The notes below the pieces were generated by a model. The model made no database searches, was not told the origin of the DNA, and saw nothing but the letters and a program-made list of their open reading frames with translations. From assembly GCA_963744145.1 (NCBI GenBank), contig CAVUSO010000001.1:3296001-3360000 (forward strand): 64,000 bases of DNA. The letters run 5' to 3'. This DNA comes from an uncultured cyanobacterium. Lineage in GTDB: Bacteria; Cyanobacteriota; Cyanobacteriia; Cyanobacteriales; CAWUOF01. Position numbers and translations under genes: made by a program. Within the stretch, counting starts at the first letter, position 1. Each line of letters opens with the position of its first letter. Shown piece after piece: positions 20,194-32,086 of this stretch.

Positions 20194-21876
20194 TCACACA
20201 GGATTATTGACCCCAGCTACGGAACGTCCTTGACCAGTTCTTGGTAAGTCCTCAGTAGCTTCACCCAGACCATAATCATAAGGTCCACTAGTCAAGACCG
20301 GTTCACCAAAGAAATTTTCGACAGGTGGTGGTGATGTAGTTTGCCATTCCAAAGTCAAACTTTTCCAAGGATTGTTGACTGCTTTCGGTCCAGCAATCCA
20401 ACTCCAAACTGCATTGATGATGAAAGGAATGGTAGAAACAGCTAGTAGATAGGCTCCGACTGTCGCGACCACATTCAAATCCGTAAATTGGGGGTCATAC
20501 TGAGCCACCCGACGGGGCATACCTTCCATCCCCAATTTGTGCATGGGCATAAAGCAGATATTAAAGCCAATTAAAGTCAGGGCAAAATGAATTCGACCTA
20601 AATTTTCATTCATCATCCTTCCTGTCATTTTGGGGAACCAGTGATAAATGCCTGCAAATAAGCCAAATACACTACCCCCAAACAAGACATAGTGGAGATG
20701 GGCAACTACAAAATAGGTATCGTGAACGTGAATATCAAAAGGCACCGCAGCGACCATAATGCCACTTAGTCCACCAATCACGAACATACCCACAAAACCC
20801 ATCGCAAAGAGCATGGCACTGTTTAAACGCAGTTTGCCACCCCAGATCGTCGCTAACCAACTGAAAACCTTGATCCCCGTCGGTACAGCAATAATCATCG
20901 TTGCGATCATAAAGAACATCCGCAACCAGGCAGGAGTGCCGCTAGTAAACATATGGTGTGCCCAAACAATTAAGCCTAAGAAGCTAATCGCTAAACTCGA
21001 ATAAGCGATCGCTAAATAGCCAAAAATTGGTTTCCGAGCATGAGTGGGCAAAATTTCGGAAATCATTCCAAAAATCGGCAGAATCATAATGTAAACTGCC
21101 GGATGGGAATAAAACCAAAACATATGTTGATAAACCACCGGATCGCCACCACCCATTGGATTAAAAAAGGCAGTGCCAGCAATCAAGTCAAAAGCTAGTA
21201 AAATCAGTGCTCCTGCTAATACTGGGGTGGAAATCAAAATTAGCCCAGACGCAGATAGCATGGCCCAGCAAAAGAGGGGCATTTGATTCAGACTCATTCC
21301 GGGCATCCGCATTTTCAGGATGGTGGTCATAAAGTTAACCGCACCCAAAATTGAGGAAGTTCCCAGCAATAAGACGCTGATAATCCAAATCATTTCCCCA
21401 GCTTGACCAATGTTTAAACTCAGAGGTGGATAAGAAGTCCATCCAGCTCCAGCCGCACCGACAAAGAAACTGCTTAACAGTAAAATTCCACCAGGGATAA
21501 TCATCCAAAATGCGACTGCGTTCAACCGGGGAAAGGCCATATCCCTTGCCCCAATCATCAGTGGGATGAGATAATTGCCAAATGCCCCTGTGCCCGCAGG
21601 AACAATCCACAGAAAAATCATTACTGTGGCATGGATGGTAAATAAGCCGTTATAAACCTCCCCACTAAACACATCTGGATCTGGGGTAGCTAGTTCAGTT
21701 CGTACAGCTTCAGCTAAAAGTCCACCAATCAGATAGAAAATAAAAGTGGTGACCAGGTATTGAATCCCAATTACCTTATGGTCAGTGCTAAAACTAAAGT
21801 ATTTGCGCCAATTGTTGTCACCCTGATCTGAATGGGCTGACTGATTGACATCGGCTGGATTTTCTAAGGTTGTCAT
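20194..21876 (-). CDS. ctaD: Cytochrome c oxidase subunit I
   Basis: STDHKVIG, WFYSHPAVY, WAHHM, HDTYFVVAHLHY. Confidence 0.97.
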   Translation of the reverse strand: MTTLENPADVNQSAHSDQGDNNWRKYFSFSTDHKVIGIQYLVTTFIFYLIGGLLAEAVRTELATPDPDVFSGEVYNGLFTIHATVMIFLWIVPAGTGAFGNYLIPLMIGARDMAFPRLNAVAFWMIIPGGILLLSSFFVGAAGAGWTSYPPLSLNIGQAGEMIWIISVLLLGTSSILGAVNFMTTILKMRMPGMSLNQMPLFCWAMLSASGLILISTPVLAGALILLAFDLIAGTAFFNPMGGGDPVVYQHMFWFYSHPAVYIMILPIFGMISEILPTHARKPIFGYLAIAYSSLAISFLGLIVWAHHMFTSGTPAWLRMFFMIATMIIAVPTGIKVFSWLATIWGGKLRLNSAMLFAMGFVGMFVIGGLSGIMVAAVPFDIHVHDTYFVVAHLHYVLFGGSVFGLFAGIYHWFPKMTGRMMNENLGRIHFALTLIGFNICFMPMHKLGMEGMPRRVAQYDPQFTDLNVVATVGAYLLAVSTIPFIINAVWSWIAGPKAVNNPWKSLTLEWQTTSPPPVENFFGEPVLTSGPYDYGLGEATEDLPRTGQGRSVAGVNNPV

Positions 21877-21879
21877 AAG

Positions 21880-22812
21880 CTAATTGTGGCTTTGGTTGAG
21901 GGCGATCGCCTGATCAATATTTTGATTGTTTGCCTCAGCATTTGCCTCCGCGACTTGACTTGCGACCCAAGCCTCAAAATCTGCTGGGGTATGGACAATC
22001 ACTTGTGTTCTCATCCCACCATGATAAGCACCACAAAGTTCAGCACAAACTACTGGGTATGTACCGACCCGTTTGGGAGTGAAGCGTATTTCTGCCGGAG
22101 TACCGGGAATGGCATCTTGTTTTAACCGAAATTCTGGCATCCAGAACGAGTGGATCACATCGGTCGCTGAAATTTTCAGCTGGATATCTCCACCTACGGG
22201 AATATGTAATTCCCCCGATGTAATATCTTTGTCTGGATAGTTAAAAATCCAGGCATATTGTAAACCTGTGACATTTACCACTACGTCTGGTGTTTTACCT
22301 ACTAAAGCGGGAGCTGCACCTAGTCCCAAGGCAATTTTCGTTTCCGAATTGTTGACTAGGGTTGTTTCTGCTGTAGTCGGGATGGTCGCGGCGATCGCTG
22401 TTCCAGGTGTTTTCGTCATCTGGTGATGGCTCATTTCCTGGGCTGTCATCGGATCAAGACCACCCATGCTGTTGTAAACCTCGAAACTATAGACAGCAAT
22501 TACCAAAACTAAAATAGCGGGAATACCTGTCCAGAGAATTTCTAGGGGAATATTGCCGCGAATCGGGGGACCGTCAGTCTCATCCCCTGGACGTTGGCGA
22601 TACTTAACCGCAGCAAAAATGAGAATTCCTTGCACCAAGAGAAATAACCCCATGGCAATCGTCATCATGGTGTTAAATAGACCATCAACCATGAGAGCTT
22701 CATCTGATGCCGCTATGGGTAGAAGACCATGGTTTTGACCATACCAAAGACTGATGACTGTCAGTCCAATACCAGCTAGCATAGTGAGGATAGAATTTGG
22801 GATTTTCTCCAC
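21880..22812 (-). CDS. ctaC: Cytochrome c oxidase subunit II
   Basis: DVIHSFW, CuA motif CAELCGAYHGGM. Confidence 0.96.
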   Translation of the reverse strand: MEKIPNSILTMLAGIGLTVISLWYGQNHGLLPIAASDEALMVDGLFNTMMTIAMGLFLLVQGILIFAAVKYRQRPGDETDGPPIRGNIPLEILWTGIPAILVLVIAVYSFEVYNSMGGLDPMTAQEMSHHQMTKTPGTAIAATIPTTAETTLVNNSETKIALGLGAAPALVGKTPDVVVNVTGLQYAWIFNYPDKDITSGELHIPVGGDIQLKISATDVIHSFWMPEFRLKQDAIPGTPAEIRFTPKRVGTYPVVCAELCGAYHGGMRTQVIVHTPADFEAWVASQVAEANAEANNQNIDQAIALNQSHN

Positions 22813-23191
22813 TGAAGACCTCCTTTTTTATTAATTATTTTCCTGATTGTCGTTTTTACCACGGTAAATCAGGCTCTCTGTCTGCGATCGGATTTTGGCA
22901 AATCTTTATATATTTATTGGGATCGCAGCGATGCAAATGATTAATATTCCCATTGCTGGTCTATCTGCTCCAAAAATACTAGATTTTTTTAATTTTTGCC
23001 AAATTTAATCAATTTTGCCTCAAGACAGAAAGACAATTGGAAAAAATCATAAAACTTTCCCAGCATTAGTCTGAGCTGATTATTCTAGAAGCTAGTAAAA
23101 AAAAATTGACAAAATCTGCAATTAAAGATCCAATAGACAAATAATCAGATTTTGCTGAATTTTTGTTGAGAACCAAGCTGAGGTACAGCCA

Positions 23192-24136
23192 ATGGCCAAT
23201 GTAGTTCTGGATCGGTCTACAGGCACAGAGGAGAGAAAATCATCCTCGCAAGATCACATCCGTCGGCTAGTATGGAAATTAGCGATCGCGACGCTCCTAT
23301 TGATGGCGATCGGTAGTGCTACTAGAGTAATGAATGCTGGATTAGCCTGCCCCGACTGGCCACTGTGTTACGGTGCCTTGGTGCCCTGGCGGCAAATGAA
23401 TTTTCAGGTGTTTCTAGAATGGTTTCATCGTCTAGATGCAGGCTTAATTGGTTGCGGTGCGATCGCTCTGGTAGTCTTATCTTGGTGGCATCGACACAAT
23501 CTCCCCACCTGGCTGCCCAAAGCATCGATTTTGGCGTTGACTCTGATTATTTTCCAAGCAGTTTTAGGTGGGCTAACCGTTACAGAACTGCTTCGTTTTG
23601 ATATAGTCACAGCTCACCTGGGAGCAGCTTTGCTATTTTTTATCACTTTACTGGTGATCGGATTTACCTTGATGCCCTATCAAGCTACAGGTACTACTGG
23701 TCAGTTAGGCTGGATCGGACTAATAGCTGCACTTCTCACCTACTGCCAAAGTCTTCTCGGCGGACTGGTTGCTTCCCAATGGGCACTACACCAATGCTTT
23801 GGCTATGAGCAACTGTGCGTAATTATGAATACACATATCTGGGGAGTTCTTCCCGCTAGTATGGCGATTCTGACTCTGGTAATTCTAGTCTGGCGCACTG
23901 CTACACTTGCTCCTATCCTCCGTCGATTAGCAAACTGGGCAGGGAGCTTACTGATATTGCAAATAATTTTAGGTGTGGCAACTTTTCGCTTACATCTCCA
24001 AGTAGAACCTCTAACGGTTGCTCACCAGTCGATCGGTGCGGCTTTGCTAGGAAGTTTAGTCGCTTTTACTGTTTTAGCAATTCGCGATGTCAAGGAATCT
24101 TTACAAACAGTTTCCCAACCGATCGTGACTAACTAA
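23192..24136 (+). CDS. ctaA: Heme A synthase (COX15/CtaA)
   Basis: AGLACPDWPLC, EWFHR, VTAH. Confidence 0.92.
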   Translation: MANVVLDRSTGTEERKSSSQDHIRRLVWKLAIATLLLMAIGSATRVMNAGLACPDWPLCYGALVPWRQMNFQVFLEWFHRLDAGLIGCGAIALVVLSWWHRHNLPTWLPKASILALTLIIFQAVLGGLTVTELLRFDIVTAHLGAALLFFITLLVIGFTLMPYQATGTTGQLGWIGLIAALLTYCQSLLGGLVASQWALHQCFGYEQLCVIMNTHIWGVLPASMAILTLVILVWRTATLAPILRRLANWAGSLLILQIILGVATFRLHLQVEPLTVAHQSIGAALLGSLVAFTVLAIRDVKESLQTVSQPIVTN

Positions 24137-24194
24137 AGTGTGCTACCCAATTGGTAATTACTGATTAGCAGTTAAGAAAGGAAAAATAAAATTC

Positions 24195-25145
24195 ATGCAA
24201 GAACTGATTGGAACTGATTTACGTCGCCACCAAAATTTTTTACAAGTCATTCAAAGCTACTATCAGCTCACTAAACCTCGCATTATCCTGTTGTTACTAA
24301 TTACCACAGCTGCGGGAATGTGGGTAGCAGCGCAAGGAGAGGTTGATCCGAGTTTGCTTTTGATCACACTCACTGGCGGGGCTTTAGCTTCTGGTGCTGC
24401 AAATACGATTAATTGTCTTTACGATCAAGACATTGATTATATTATGGAGCGAACTCGCTGGCGTCCGATTCCTTCTGGTCGTGTTAAACCTCGTGATGCT
24501 TTATTATTTGCGATCATTCTTGCTAGTCTTTCTTTCATCTTATTAACTCTGTGCGCTAATTTGTTAGCAGCACTGCTCTCCATGGCTGGAATTGTTTTTT
24601 ATGTGGGGGTATACACCCATTGGCTCAAGCGTCATAGTGTCCAAAATATTGTGATTGGTGGTGCTGCGGGAGCCATTCCTCCTCTAGTGGGATGGGCTGC
24701 TTGTACAGGGAATTTAACCTGGGCACCTTGGGTGATGTTTCTGATTATCTTTTTGTGGACTCCTCCCCATTTCTGGGCTTTGGCTATGATGATTCGTGAT
24801 GATTATGCCGCAGTTGGTGTACCCATGTTGCCCGTGATTGAGGGAGATCAAGTTACCGCACGTCAGATTTTCTTATATACTTTGCTCCTGTTTCCCGTGA
24901 CATTGTTGTTAGTTTATCCCCTTCATGTTAGCGGTGCTGTTTATTTAGCGATCGCGGTTTTTTTGGGAATTTTGTTCATCAGGAAAGCTTGGCAATTGTT
25001 GCAATTATCTAGCGATCGGCAAGTGGCGCGATCGCTCTTTAAATATTCGATTCTGTATCTGATGTTACTCTGTGCCGGTCTGGTAGTTGATAGTTTACCG
25101 ATCACCCATCATTTGATGATGGTTTTGGGCGAAAGATTCTCATAA
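24195..25145 (+). CDS. ctaB: Protoheme IX farnesyltransferase (heme O synthase)
   Basis: [30 protein letters not shown]. Confidence 0.95.
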   Translation: MQELIGTDLRRHQNFLQVIQSYYQLTKPRIILLLLITTAAGMWVAAQGEVDPSLLLITLTGGALASGAANTINCLYDQDIDYIMERTRWRPIPSGRVKPRDALLFAIILASLSFILLTLCANLLAALLSMAGIVFYVGVYTHWLKRHSVQNIVIGGAAGAIPPLVGWAACTGNLTWAPWVMFLIIFLWTPPHFWALAMMIRDDYAAVGVPMLPVIEGDQVTARQIFLYTLLLFPVTLLLVYPLHVSGAVYLAIAVFLGILFIRKAWQLLQLSSDRQVARSLFKYSILYLMLLCAGLVVDSLPITHHLMMVLGERFS

Positions 25146-25300
25146 AAATAACCCGGTAAGTCGAAGCTAGGTTCTTGTTAACCGTTCGACTCCGCTCACA
25201 GCGAGCCTGGGAGGGAAACGCAGAGAGCGGTTTTAACCGCCTGTAAATATTTTTATTCTTTCGTTAATTACGAAAGAATTGTGTTAGATTGAATTAACAA

Positions 25301-25505
25301 CCGTAGGGGCGTATTGCAATACGCCCGTACAGTGAAATACCCGACAGTTGTTAAAAAACTAAGTAGCGGTGGATCTTAGGCTTGTCCTAAGTGAAATCAG
25401 TAGAGGTGGCTTGTACACGCCTTTGAAGGGGCGTATTGCAATACGCCCGTACAAATTCTCTGAACTATTCAAGAATCTCAGGGTCTTTAGACCTGATAGT
25501 ATCAA
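25301..25505 (+). mobile_element. IS200/IS605 tnpB 3'-end and right-end remnant carrying two GGGGCGTATTGCAATACGCCC palindromes
   Basis: LGLVLSEISRGGLYTPLK-like TnpB tail; TCAAGAATCTCAGGGTCTTTAGACCTGATAGTATCAA end hairpin. Confidence 0.55.
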
Positions 25506-25805
25506 CAATATTTAGTTAGTTTTCACCCTTTGTCTGATCTAGACAATTATCTGAATTAGTAGCGGGCATTTTGCCCGCTATTTTATGCAGCAGTTGGGGT
25601 AATTCCTTAATTGTCGCGACCAAGTAGGAGTAAGCTTGGGTCATTAATTCCAGATTTAGGATGGGATTAATCTAAAATTTGACCCCCAAAAAAATTCATC
25701 CTCACCTAGATAATCAAAATTTAAAGTCTTTTCTGAGACAACATTTTAAGATCAAACATGATAGTGTCAAAACAACTTTCCCAAAACTACTAGGATCAAA
25801 CATAT

Positions 25806-28079
25806 ATGTATCGGTTCCAAATAAGTGCTTATACGCAGAGCGGAGAATCTATAGTAATCCTGGGTTCAACTCCTGAGTTAGGACAGTGGGACCTAAGTAA
25901 ATGTATCCATCTCCATACTAATGCTGATTCCTACCCTTTATGGTGGGTAGATATCGATATTAAAATTCCTCAATCTTGGGACTCATCAAATCAACAAAAA
26001 ATCGAATACAAATATTTACGAATTGGTATAGATCAAGAGATAAAGTGGGAATCGCAAGGACCAAATCGTTGGATACCCATGGAATCTCAACCGCCACAAT
26101 CAACTATTATTGTTGAGGATCTTGCTTTCGGTGATGTGCAACCTTTTCCCTACGGATATTTTAAAACTCCTATTCCAAATCCACCCCGAGAAAAAGGGTC
26201 TCAAGGTTTAAAAATTGTAGTTATTGGTAGTTCTGTCGCTTTAGGATGTAGTTCTTGGTTGTTAAAAGGTTGGACTTGGCATTTAGCTAAAGAATTACAT
26301 GAAAAATATGGGCATCAAGTGATCAATGTATCTGAACTTGGTGCTAACGTCAGCTCCACAATTAATCGGTTTCCTTCAGTAGTTGCTCCCATCCGACCAG
26401 ATATGGTGATCATTGCCCTTTCTTTAGGTAATGAGGGATTAGCAAACTGTCCACCTTACCAACGACGAGCGGTACAAAGACGTTTTGAAAGTGGATTACA
26501 GCAACTGGTAAAAATGACTAAAGAATTAGGAGCGCTTCCTATTCTTGGGGGATTATATCCGAATGGTAATTACTCACCAGAACATAATTGGTTACTCAAA
26601 GATACTCATTACCGAATGTTAAATTGGGATATTCCCATCTTAAATTGGCTTGATGTTCTTGATAACGGAGCTGGACAGTGGAAAGCAGGAACATCTTTTG
26701 ATCCAGGGCACCCTAATGGTTTTGGTCATCGTCTGATGTATGAAGCGATCGATATTCGTCTGTTCCAAACTACCTATGACGCGATCGCCAAAGCTAAACT
26801 CCAAGCTCAACAGAAAAATGATATATTAATCTATCGCGATCCGCCAGGTTTTCAGGTATTTGCCTGTAAAAATGATAAAAGTTTGCGTGTAATGAATCGG
26901 TCGAAATATACTTATACGATCGCTAATTATTGGCTGGAATTACAAACCGCAATTCAGACAAAAGCTGGGTTGATGCCCGGAATTTATATAGCTAAAAATG
27001 CTCAAAAAGGAACACTACCATTTTTGGCAGTAAGAGAAGATGGTACGATCGAAACTACGGTAGATGTTCCCCCAGGAACTGACCTAGAATATAGTGCAGC
27101 GTTTCACTTTTTTTCACCCAAAATCTCCCAAATTTTATTTTATGATGGCTCCCTGGGAATCTTGAAAGAAAGTGAATATTTTATTCGTGTCATTAATGAA
27201 ACTGATCACGAATATAATATCCATCCGATGTGGAAGGAAATTCGTGTAGCATTGAAAGGAATGTTACCTGGTGTTTATGAAGATTTGCTTTATAATGATG
27301 TACCGTTTCGGACAATGATGATTGGTAAAGATGGTTTAGAAAGTCGTGTGAAAGTGCCACCAAAATCATCTGTACTGTTCCAATATAAATGTAAATTATC
27401 AGAAATTAAACGGATTGCGATTATTCCGATCGGCGATCGCTGTGCGATGCGAATGTTGCTCTACAAAATGCAATATGATGGACCAGCTTTTCCCTTTGAT
27501 CTAACTAGAAGTAGTAATCTAGGGGATGTGGCTGATATGATTGCCAATGATTTTTCTGATATGTGGAACCCTAATTTATTACACTACAACCATTCTGAAA
27601 AAAGAATCTATCATACTAAGTGGACAGGTTTGTCTTTTGCCCATGAAGTAGAAGATACAGACAATCCTCTGCAAAATATGGGTGCTATATATGAGCGGAT
27701 GCGTACTCGTTACTCAGCTAGAGCTAAAAGGTTTGCTTACACTGTCAAAAATTGTAATGAAGCAATTTTTGTGCGTACAGGTATTACAGAGAGAGGTTAT
27801 GTCATTGATCTGGTAGAAAAACTAAAAGTCAAATGTCAAGAAAAACCCTTCCTTGTCTTGATCATTTCCCGACAACCTTCTAGTGAATTCGCAGAGATCC
27901 CCCATGTCTTACATTATGACTTAGAGTTCAATCCCGATCGAATGTATGACGATATAGGTTATTGGCTTTATTGTACAGATACCATGCAAGAAATTCTCGA
28001 ATCTTTGGGAGTATCCAGTAAAAATCTATTTTGGTGTCCACCCAATGTGCCAAAAGATGAAGTGAAAATGTCGAATTAA
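25806..28079 (+). CDS. CBM20 + SGNH/GDSL hydrolase + DUF1796 (papain-like) multidomain protein
   Basis: LGSTPELGQWD..YPLW..EYKY; GSSVALG, GNE, DPGHPN; PIGDRC..PFD. Confidence 0.75.
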   Translation: MYRFQISAYTQSGESIVILGSTPELGQWDLSKCIHLHTNADSYPLWWVDIDIKIPQSWDSSNQQKIEYKYLRIGIDQEIKWESQGPNRWIPMESQPPQSTIIVEDLAFGDVQPFPYGYFKTPIPNPPREKGSQGLKIVVIGSSVALGCSSWLLKGWTWHLAKELHEKYGHQVINVSELGANVSSTINRFPSVVAPIRPDMVIIALSLGNEGLANCPPYQRRAVQRRFESGLQQLVKMTKELGALPILGGLYPNGNYSPEHNWLLKDTHYRMLNWDIPILNWLDVLDNGAGQWKAGTSFDPGHPNGFGHRLMYEAIDIRLFQTTYDAIAKAKLQAQQKNDILIYRDPPGFQVFACKNDKSLRVMNRSKYTYTIANYWLELQTAIQTKAGLMPGIYIAKNAQKGTLPFLAVREDGTIETTVDVPPGTDLEYSAAFHFFSPKISQILFYDGSLGILKESEYFIRVINETDHEYNIHPMWKEIRVALKGMLPGVYEDLLYNDVPFRTMMIGKDGLESRVKVPPKSSVLFQYKCKLSEIKRIAIIPIGDRCAMRMLLYKMQYDGPAFPFDLTRSSNLGDVADMIANDFSDMWNPNLLHYNHSEKRIYHTKWTGLSFAHEVEDTDNPLQNMGAIYERMRTRYSARAKRFAYTVKNCNEAIFVRTGITERGYVIDLVEKLKVKCQEKPFLVLIISRQPSSEFAEIPHVLHYDLEFNPDRMYDDIGYWLYCTDTMQEILESLGVSSKNLFWCPPNVPKDEVKMSN

Positions 28080-28089
28080 TCATCGTTCA

Positions 28090-28362
28090 TCATTTGGAAT
28101 GTTCGGATAGATGATTAAAAATAGCGGTGATTTTATCGACGGAGGTGAGCCATTGTTTTGTTGCGACTTTCCAAACGACTATAAATTGCTGGGAAGAGAG
28201 GGTGCATAATGCGGTAGTTTCACCATCTTCGTTGCTAAATTCAACTTCAAAATGGTCGCTGTCATAGCATTCAACAATGGTTCCTTGAGCGCCAATAAAC
28301 TGGTTATGTTCTGGTAGATTAACAAGGATTTATACGAGATCTAATAATTTTGGTTTAATCAT
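28090..28362 (-). pseudogene. DUF4926 domain protein with in-frame TAA
   Basis: MIKPKLLDLV*ILVNLPE..GAQGTIVECY..FEVEFSNEDGET. Confidence 0.7.
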
Positions 28363-28380
28363 GATCTTTTAGGATCTGAC

Positions 28381-28707
28381 AAAAACTCTAATACTAAAGC
28401 CGGAATTTCGCCCTGAAGTCGAGGGGTGTAACTACGAACAACTTCTGAACGGTCTACAGCGATCGGATAAATGTACGCCCAATCAGGAGCTTTCACCACT
28501 GTCTTCCCATTAATAGTGGCACAAATACCATAGTTGGTGGGAGTAAGGGCATTCGGGTAACTTTTCCCAGGTAATCTTGTAAGTGGGGGTGGTAGCTAAC
28601 ATGATGTTTTGTGTAGAGATAGTAAATTAACGTTATTTATTTTATCATCATTCCAGGCAAGGTCGCATTGTTCGTAGTAGGGGCTGTCTTCCCCATTGAA
28701 TTATTGT
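28381..28707 (-). pseudogene. Partial, internally deleted duplicate of the Uma2 gene and upstream region at 34880-35307
   Basis: Near-identical DNA (GCCGGAATTTCGCC...GGTAGCTAACATGATG...CCCCATTGAATTATTGT). Confidence 0.85.
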
Positions 28708-28741
28708 GTCGATCGAAGTATTGAATCTAGATGGTGATTTT

Positions 28742-29230
28742 TTAAACTGTATCCAAGGGTATTTCTAGCATTTCTGCTATTTCTTCATTAGTTAATCCAA
28801 GCGATCGCAATCTTTCAATTTTAGCTTGATTCTTGCTGGGCTGAGGATGAGGATTTTTGGGCGGATCTTGATCTGAAATAGTATTGGATTGTTCAGGAAC
28901 AAATTGAATGCAACCAATGATATTATTGTTGATAGTATTAATCCTACTTGTATCAAAAGAAATATTCAGTTCACATTGTCGTTCTATAACAGATTTAAGA
29001 TTATTTTTATCAACTGATTCACCAAAAACATTAGATAATATCTGCAAAAGTTCATAACCGACATCTTTAGCATGACCAGCACTACAACCATATGTTGCTG
29101 CAATATCAGCATATTTTTATCGATTTAGTATTCCTTCAATTATGCCATGCTGCAAGTCATTGAGATGTTTACCAGTTTTGGTATAGATGACCTCATCTAC
29201 CAATTGCAGGACTTCGTTAGTGTTCATCAT
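28742..29230 (-). pseudogene. N-terminal HTH protein of the type found on cyanobacterial NB-ARC/vWA-MoxR-associated proteins; in-frame TAA
   Basis: MNTNEVLQLVDEV..GKHLNDLQ..R*KYADIA..HAKDVGYELLQILS..VDKNN. Confidence 0.65.
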
Positions 29231-29329
29231 TGAGGGAGATAGTTAGGATAAATGAGAGAATTATAGCAGACTTTTTCCGTCTTTTTCCGTATGGCATTAA
29301 AAAATTTATAAATCATCGAATATAGACTT

Positions 29330-31605
29330 AAAGTTGTAGGCGACCAAATCAATATTTTTGTAATTGGTTCTATCTCGGGTGGTACTGGGAGTGGAATGCT
29401 GATTGATTTGGGATACTCGTTGCATCATTGGTTTGACGGAGAACCGGGATTAAAAACTACGGCTATAATTCCTTTGCCTGATGCCTTTAGTGGAGTAAAT
29501 GCTAATTCAAGGGTTAAGGAAAATGGTTACGCTGCTTTAATGGAATTGAACTATTTTTCAGATACAAAAAATACCTTTAGTGTTCGTTACAGTTCTGAGG
29601 AAAAAGACCGGGTCGAATCAAAAAGAGAGCCCTATGACTATATCTACATTGTTGGCACTCAGAATGACCAAGGAGTAGCAATAGAACTAAATGATCTTCG
29701 AGAGATGATCGCTCAAAATATTTTCCTGGACTTAGTATCTGAATATGCTCCTTACAAACGTTCTATTCGGGATAATACTAAAAGAGAAATCGCAGGAACA
29801 AATGACTGACCTCTTCAAGGGGATCGCAGCTATCCCCGTAAATTTATGAGTTTTGGGTTAGCAACTATAGAAATTCCCATTCATTATATATGTACATCAC
29901 TTTCATTCCGAGTAGCTGCGGACTTGTTGAAGTGGTGGCAAAATTCTGATATCCAATTACCTCATGATCCTCAAAAGGTGGTTGAAAATGACTTGAGGGA
30001 AATGAAACTGCTAGATGTAGAGCTGCTGAAGGCTATTTCCAATGCAGGCGATCGCCCCTACAAAGATGTTATTTTTTCCTGGAAGAAGCATACTCAACAG
30101 GAAATTGTTGATAAAAACCTTCTTCAGTGTACTGCTCAGATGCCGAATCTTCCTTTCACTAAAGAAACCGGAAAAATCCTAACTTTTGTTGATAGTTTTC
30201 TCGAACCTGAAGTTAAAAAATATAGAACTGAGCATTTTCGAGATGATAGTCCTGATCGAAGAGCACATGGTGATTTTTTGCTCAGAATGTACGATAACCA
30301 GGATCAATTGGTAAATCAGGCTACTAATCAACTTCTGGATCAGGTGTACATAGATCTGGTTGATCGCGATCGAGGACCGAAATTTTTGGAAACCATGCTC
30401 GATCTGGTGGAACGAATCTTTAATACACAAATTGAGCGACTTGATCGTGAAGCCCAAGGAACATGGCAACGTGCGAGAGATGATAGTTTCAAAGAATATG
30501 ATTCGGCAATTTCACGGATCAATGAGTTGAGGAAGCAGTGGAGACCCACAAAACAAGACCAAATTAATCAAGACTGTGATTCTGCTTTAGGATTAGCGGG
30601 ACAGGCTTTTCAAGCAATTTTAGAACAGAAATCACGAGTTATTGCAGCTGAGGGGCTGCGTCGGATTAAACTCTTTATTGGTCAACTGAAGAGACAACTT
30701 CAAGAATGGAAACAGCGGGTTGCTCAATCTGAGGTACAATTTCGCTACTCCGCAAAAGAAGAGATAAACAAGGCAGATGCTTTGAAAATTGTTGGTGTTA
30801 AGCTATTCAATCGAGAGGAATTTAACGATCTTTATGAAGACTTTTTAGCTCATAAGCAAGGGATTAGTTCTCTCTGCCAACAATTAACAGAACAAGTATT
30901 AGAGCAGAGTAATACTGCATGGAGAGATGTTCTAAGTGATAGGGCTAGATTCCGTCTGTTGGATATCGGAAAAATTCCCTCAATCCAGTATCATGATTTT
31001 GAGAAAATTGTATTAAAAATGTCCGACAAATCGATTAACGCAGCTCCTTCTGGCAGTAAGCTAGTCTTGGATCTAGATGCTTGCACTCGCTTTATGAGGC
31101 TATATCCAAACGAACGGGATCGTCAATCTCGGATTGAACTGCTATTTAACAGGTCAAAACCATTGGTTCGTCTCGATCCAGTCCCACCACTAAGTTCCAG
31201 ATTTAGTTACATTGATGTTTCTCAAGCGGGATTGATCGGTGGAAATGATACGACAGATCCAGCAGCGCAACGACAAGTAGTAATTTTGAAGAAATACTTT
31301 ACTAAAGAGGACGCGATCGCACCCTTAACTGAGCGGGAAAGGCACAAAATTCTGGCTATCCACGAAGTTGGGGGATTCTCTCTACGGTGTATATTGGGTA
31401 TTAACCAGCTCCGTCAATCTTACCAAACATGGCGAGGGCAAAGGGTGAAAGCTGAACGAGACAGACTTCAAGGACTTTCAGTAGATAATCAAATTGGGGG
31501 GGTTCACAAAATACTTTTATTTCAGCAGCTCAAGAAAAAGCTTTAGAAATGAAGTTAGATGGGGTAGTAGCAGAATCAATTTGGAGGAAGTTTCTTAATC
31601 AATAG
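29330..31605 (+). pseudogene. Tubulin-like (Tubulin_2) GTPase, 5'-truncated, nonsense at 29807-29809, 3' end disrupted
   Basis: IFVIGSISGGTGSGMLIDLGY signature; ENGYAALMELNY; ORFs 29396 and 29846 are in the same frame. Confidence 0.75.
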
Positions 31606-31702
31606 AAATAGACATTTTATCAGCTAAGATATTTTTCTATAAGGTCACTCAATGGACAACAGCGATCGCTTCTTCCCTCACTCAATCCCCAAACCTTCTT
31701 CC

Positions 31703-32086
31703 TTAGCTAACCCGATTCAACAGAAACACAATGTACTGATTCAAACTAACGTTTTCTCTTTCAGCTTCTTCAACTAAACGACGATGTAGTGATTTTGGCA
31801 TCTGCAAAAGCACTTTACCAGTGTAGCTGTCTTGAATAATGGGTAAAGGAATATCATCCCCAGATTCATAAGCAGTTTCAATCCACAACTCTCTTGCTTC
31901 ATTGATATTGATTACTGTTTCATCCAGGGTTTCACCTTGAGTTAGACATCCGGGTAATTCTTTAATTTGGGCTACATATCCCCCTGCTGGATCAGAGTAA
32001 AGTATCACTGGATATTGAAGATTCAAATAGTATTCCAATGGCGGTTTTTCAAGTTCCGGATTCTTCTGATTCAATGTTTTCATCAT
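31703..32086 (-). CDS. hicB: HicB antitoxin
   Basis: ELPGCLTQGET; C-terminal RHH MPKSLHRRL..VSLNQY. Confidence 0.92.
   Translation of the reverse strand: MMKTLNQKNPELEKPPLEYYLNLQYPVILYSDPAGGYVAQIKELPGCLTQGETLDETVININEARELWIETAYESGDDIPLPIIQDSYTGKVLLQMPKSLHRRLVEEAERENVSLNQYIVFLLNRVS

Noticed and set aside
19777..23610. Short antisense and overlapping ORFs within the cta genes
   Set aside because: Shadow ORFs of well-conserved genes with no motifs.
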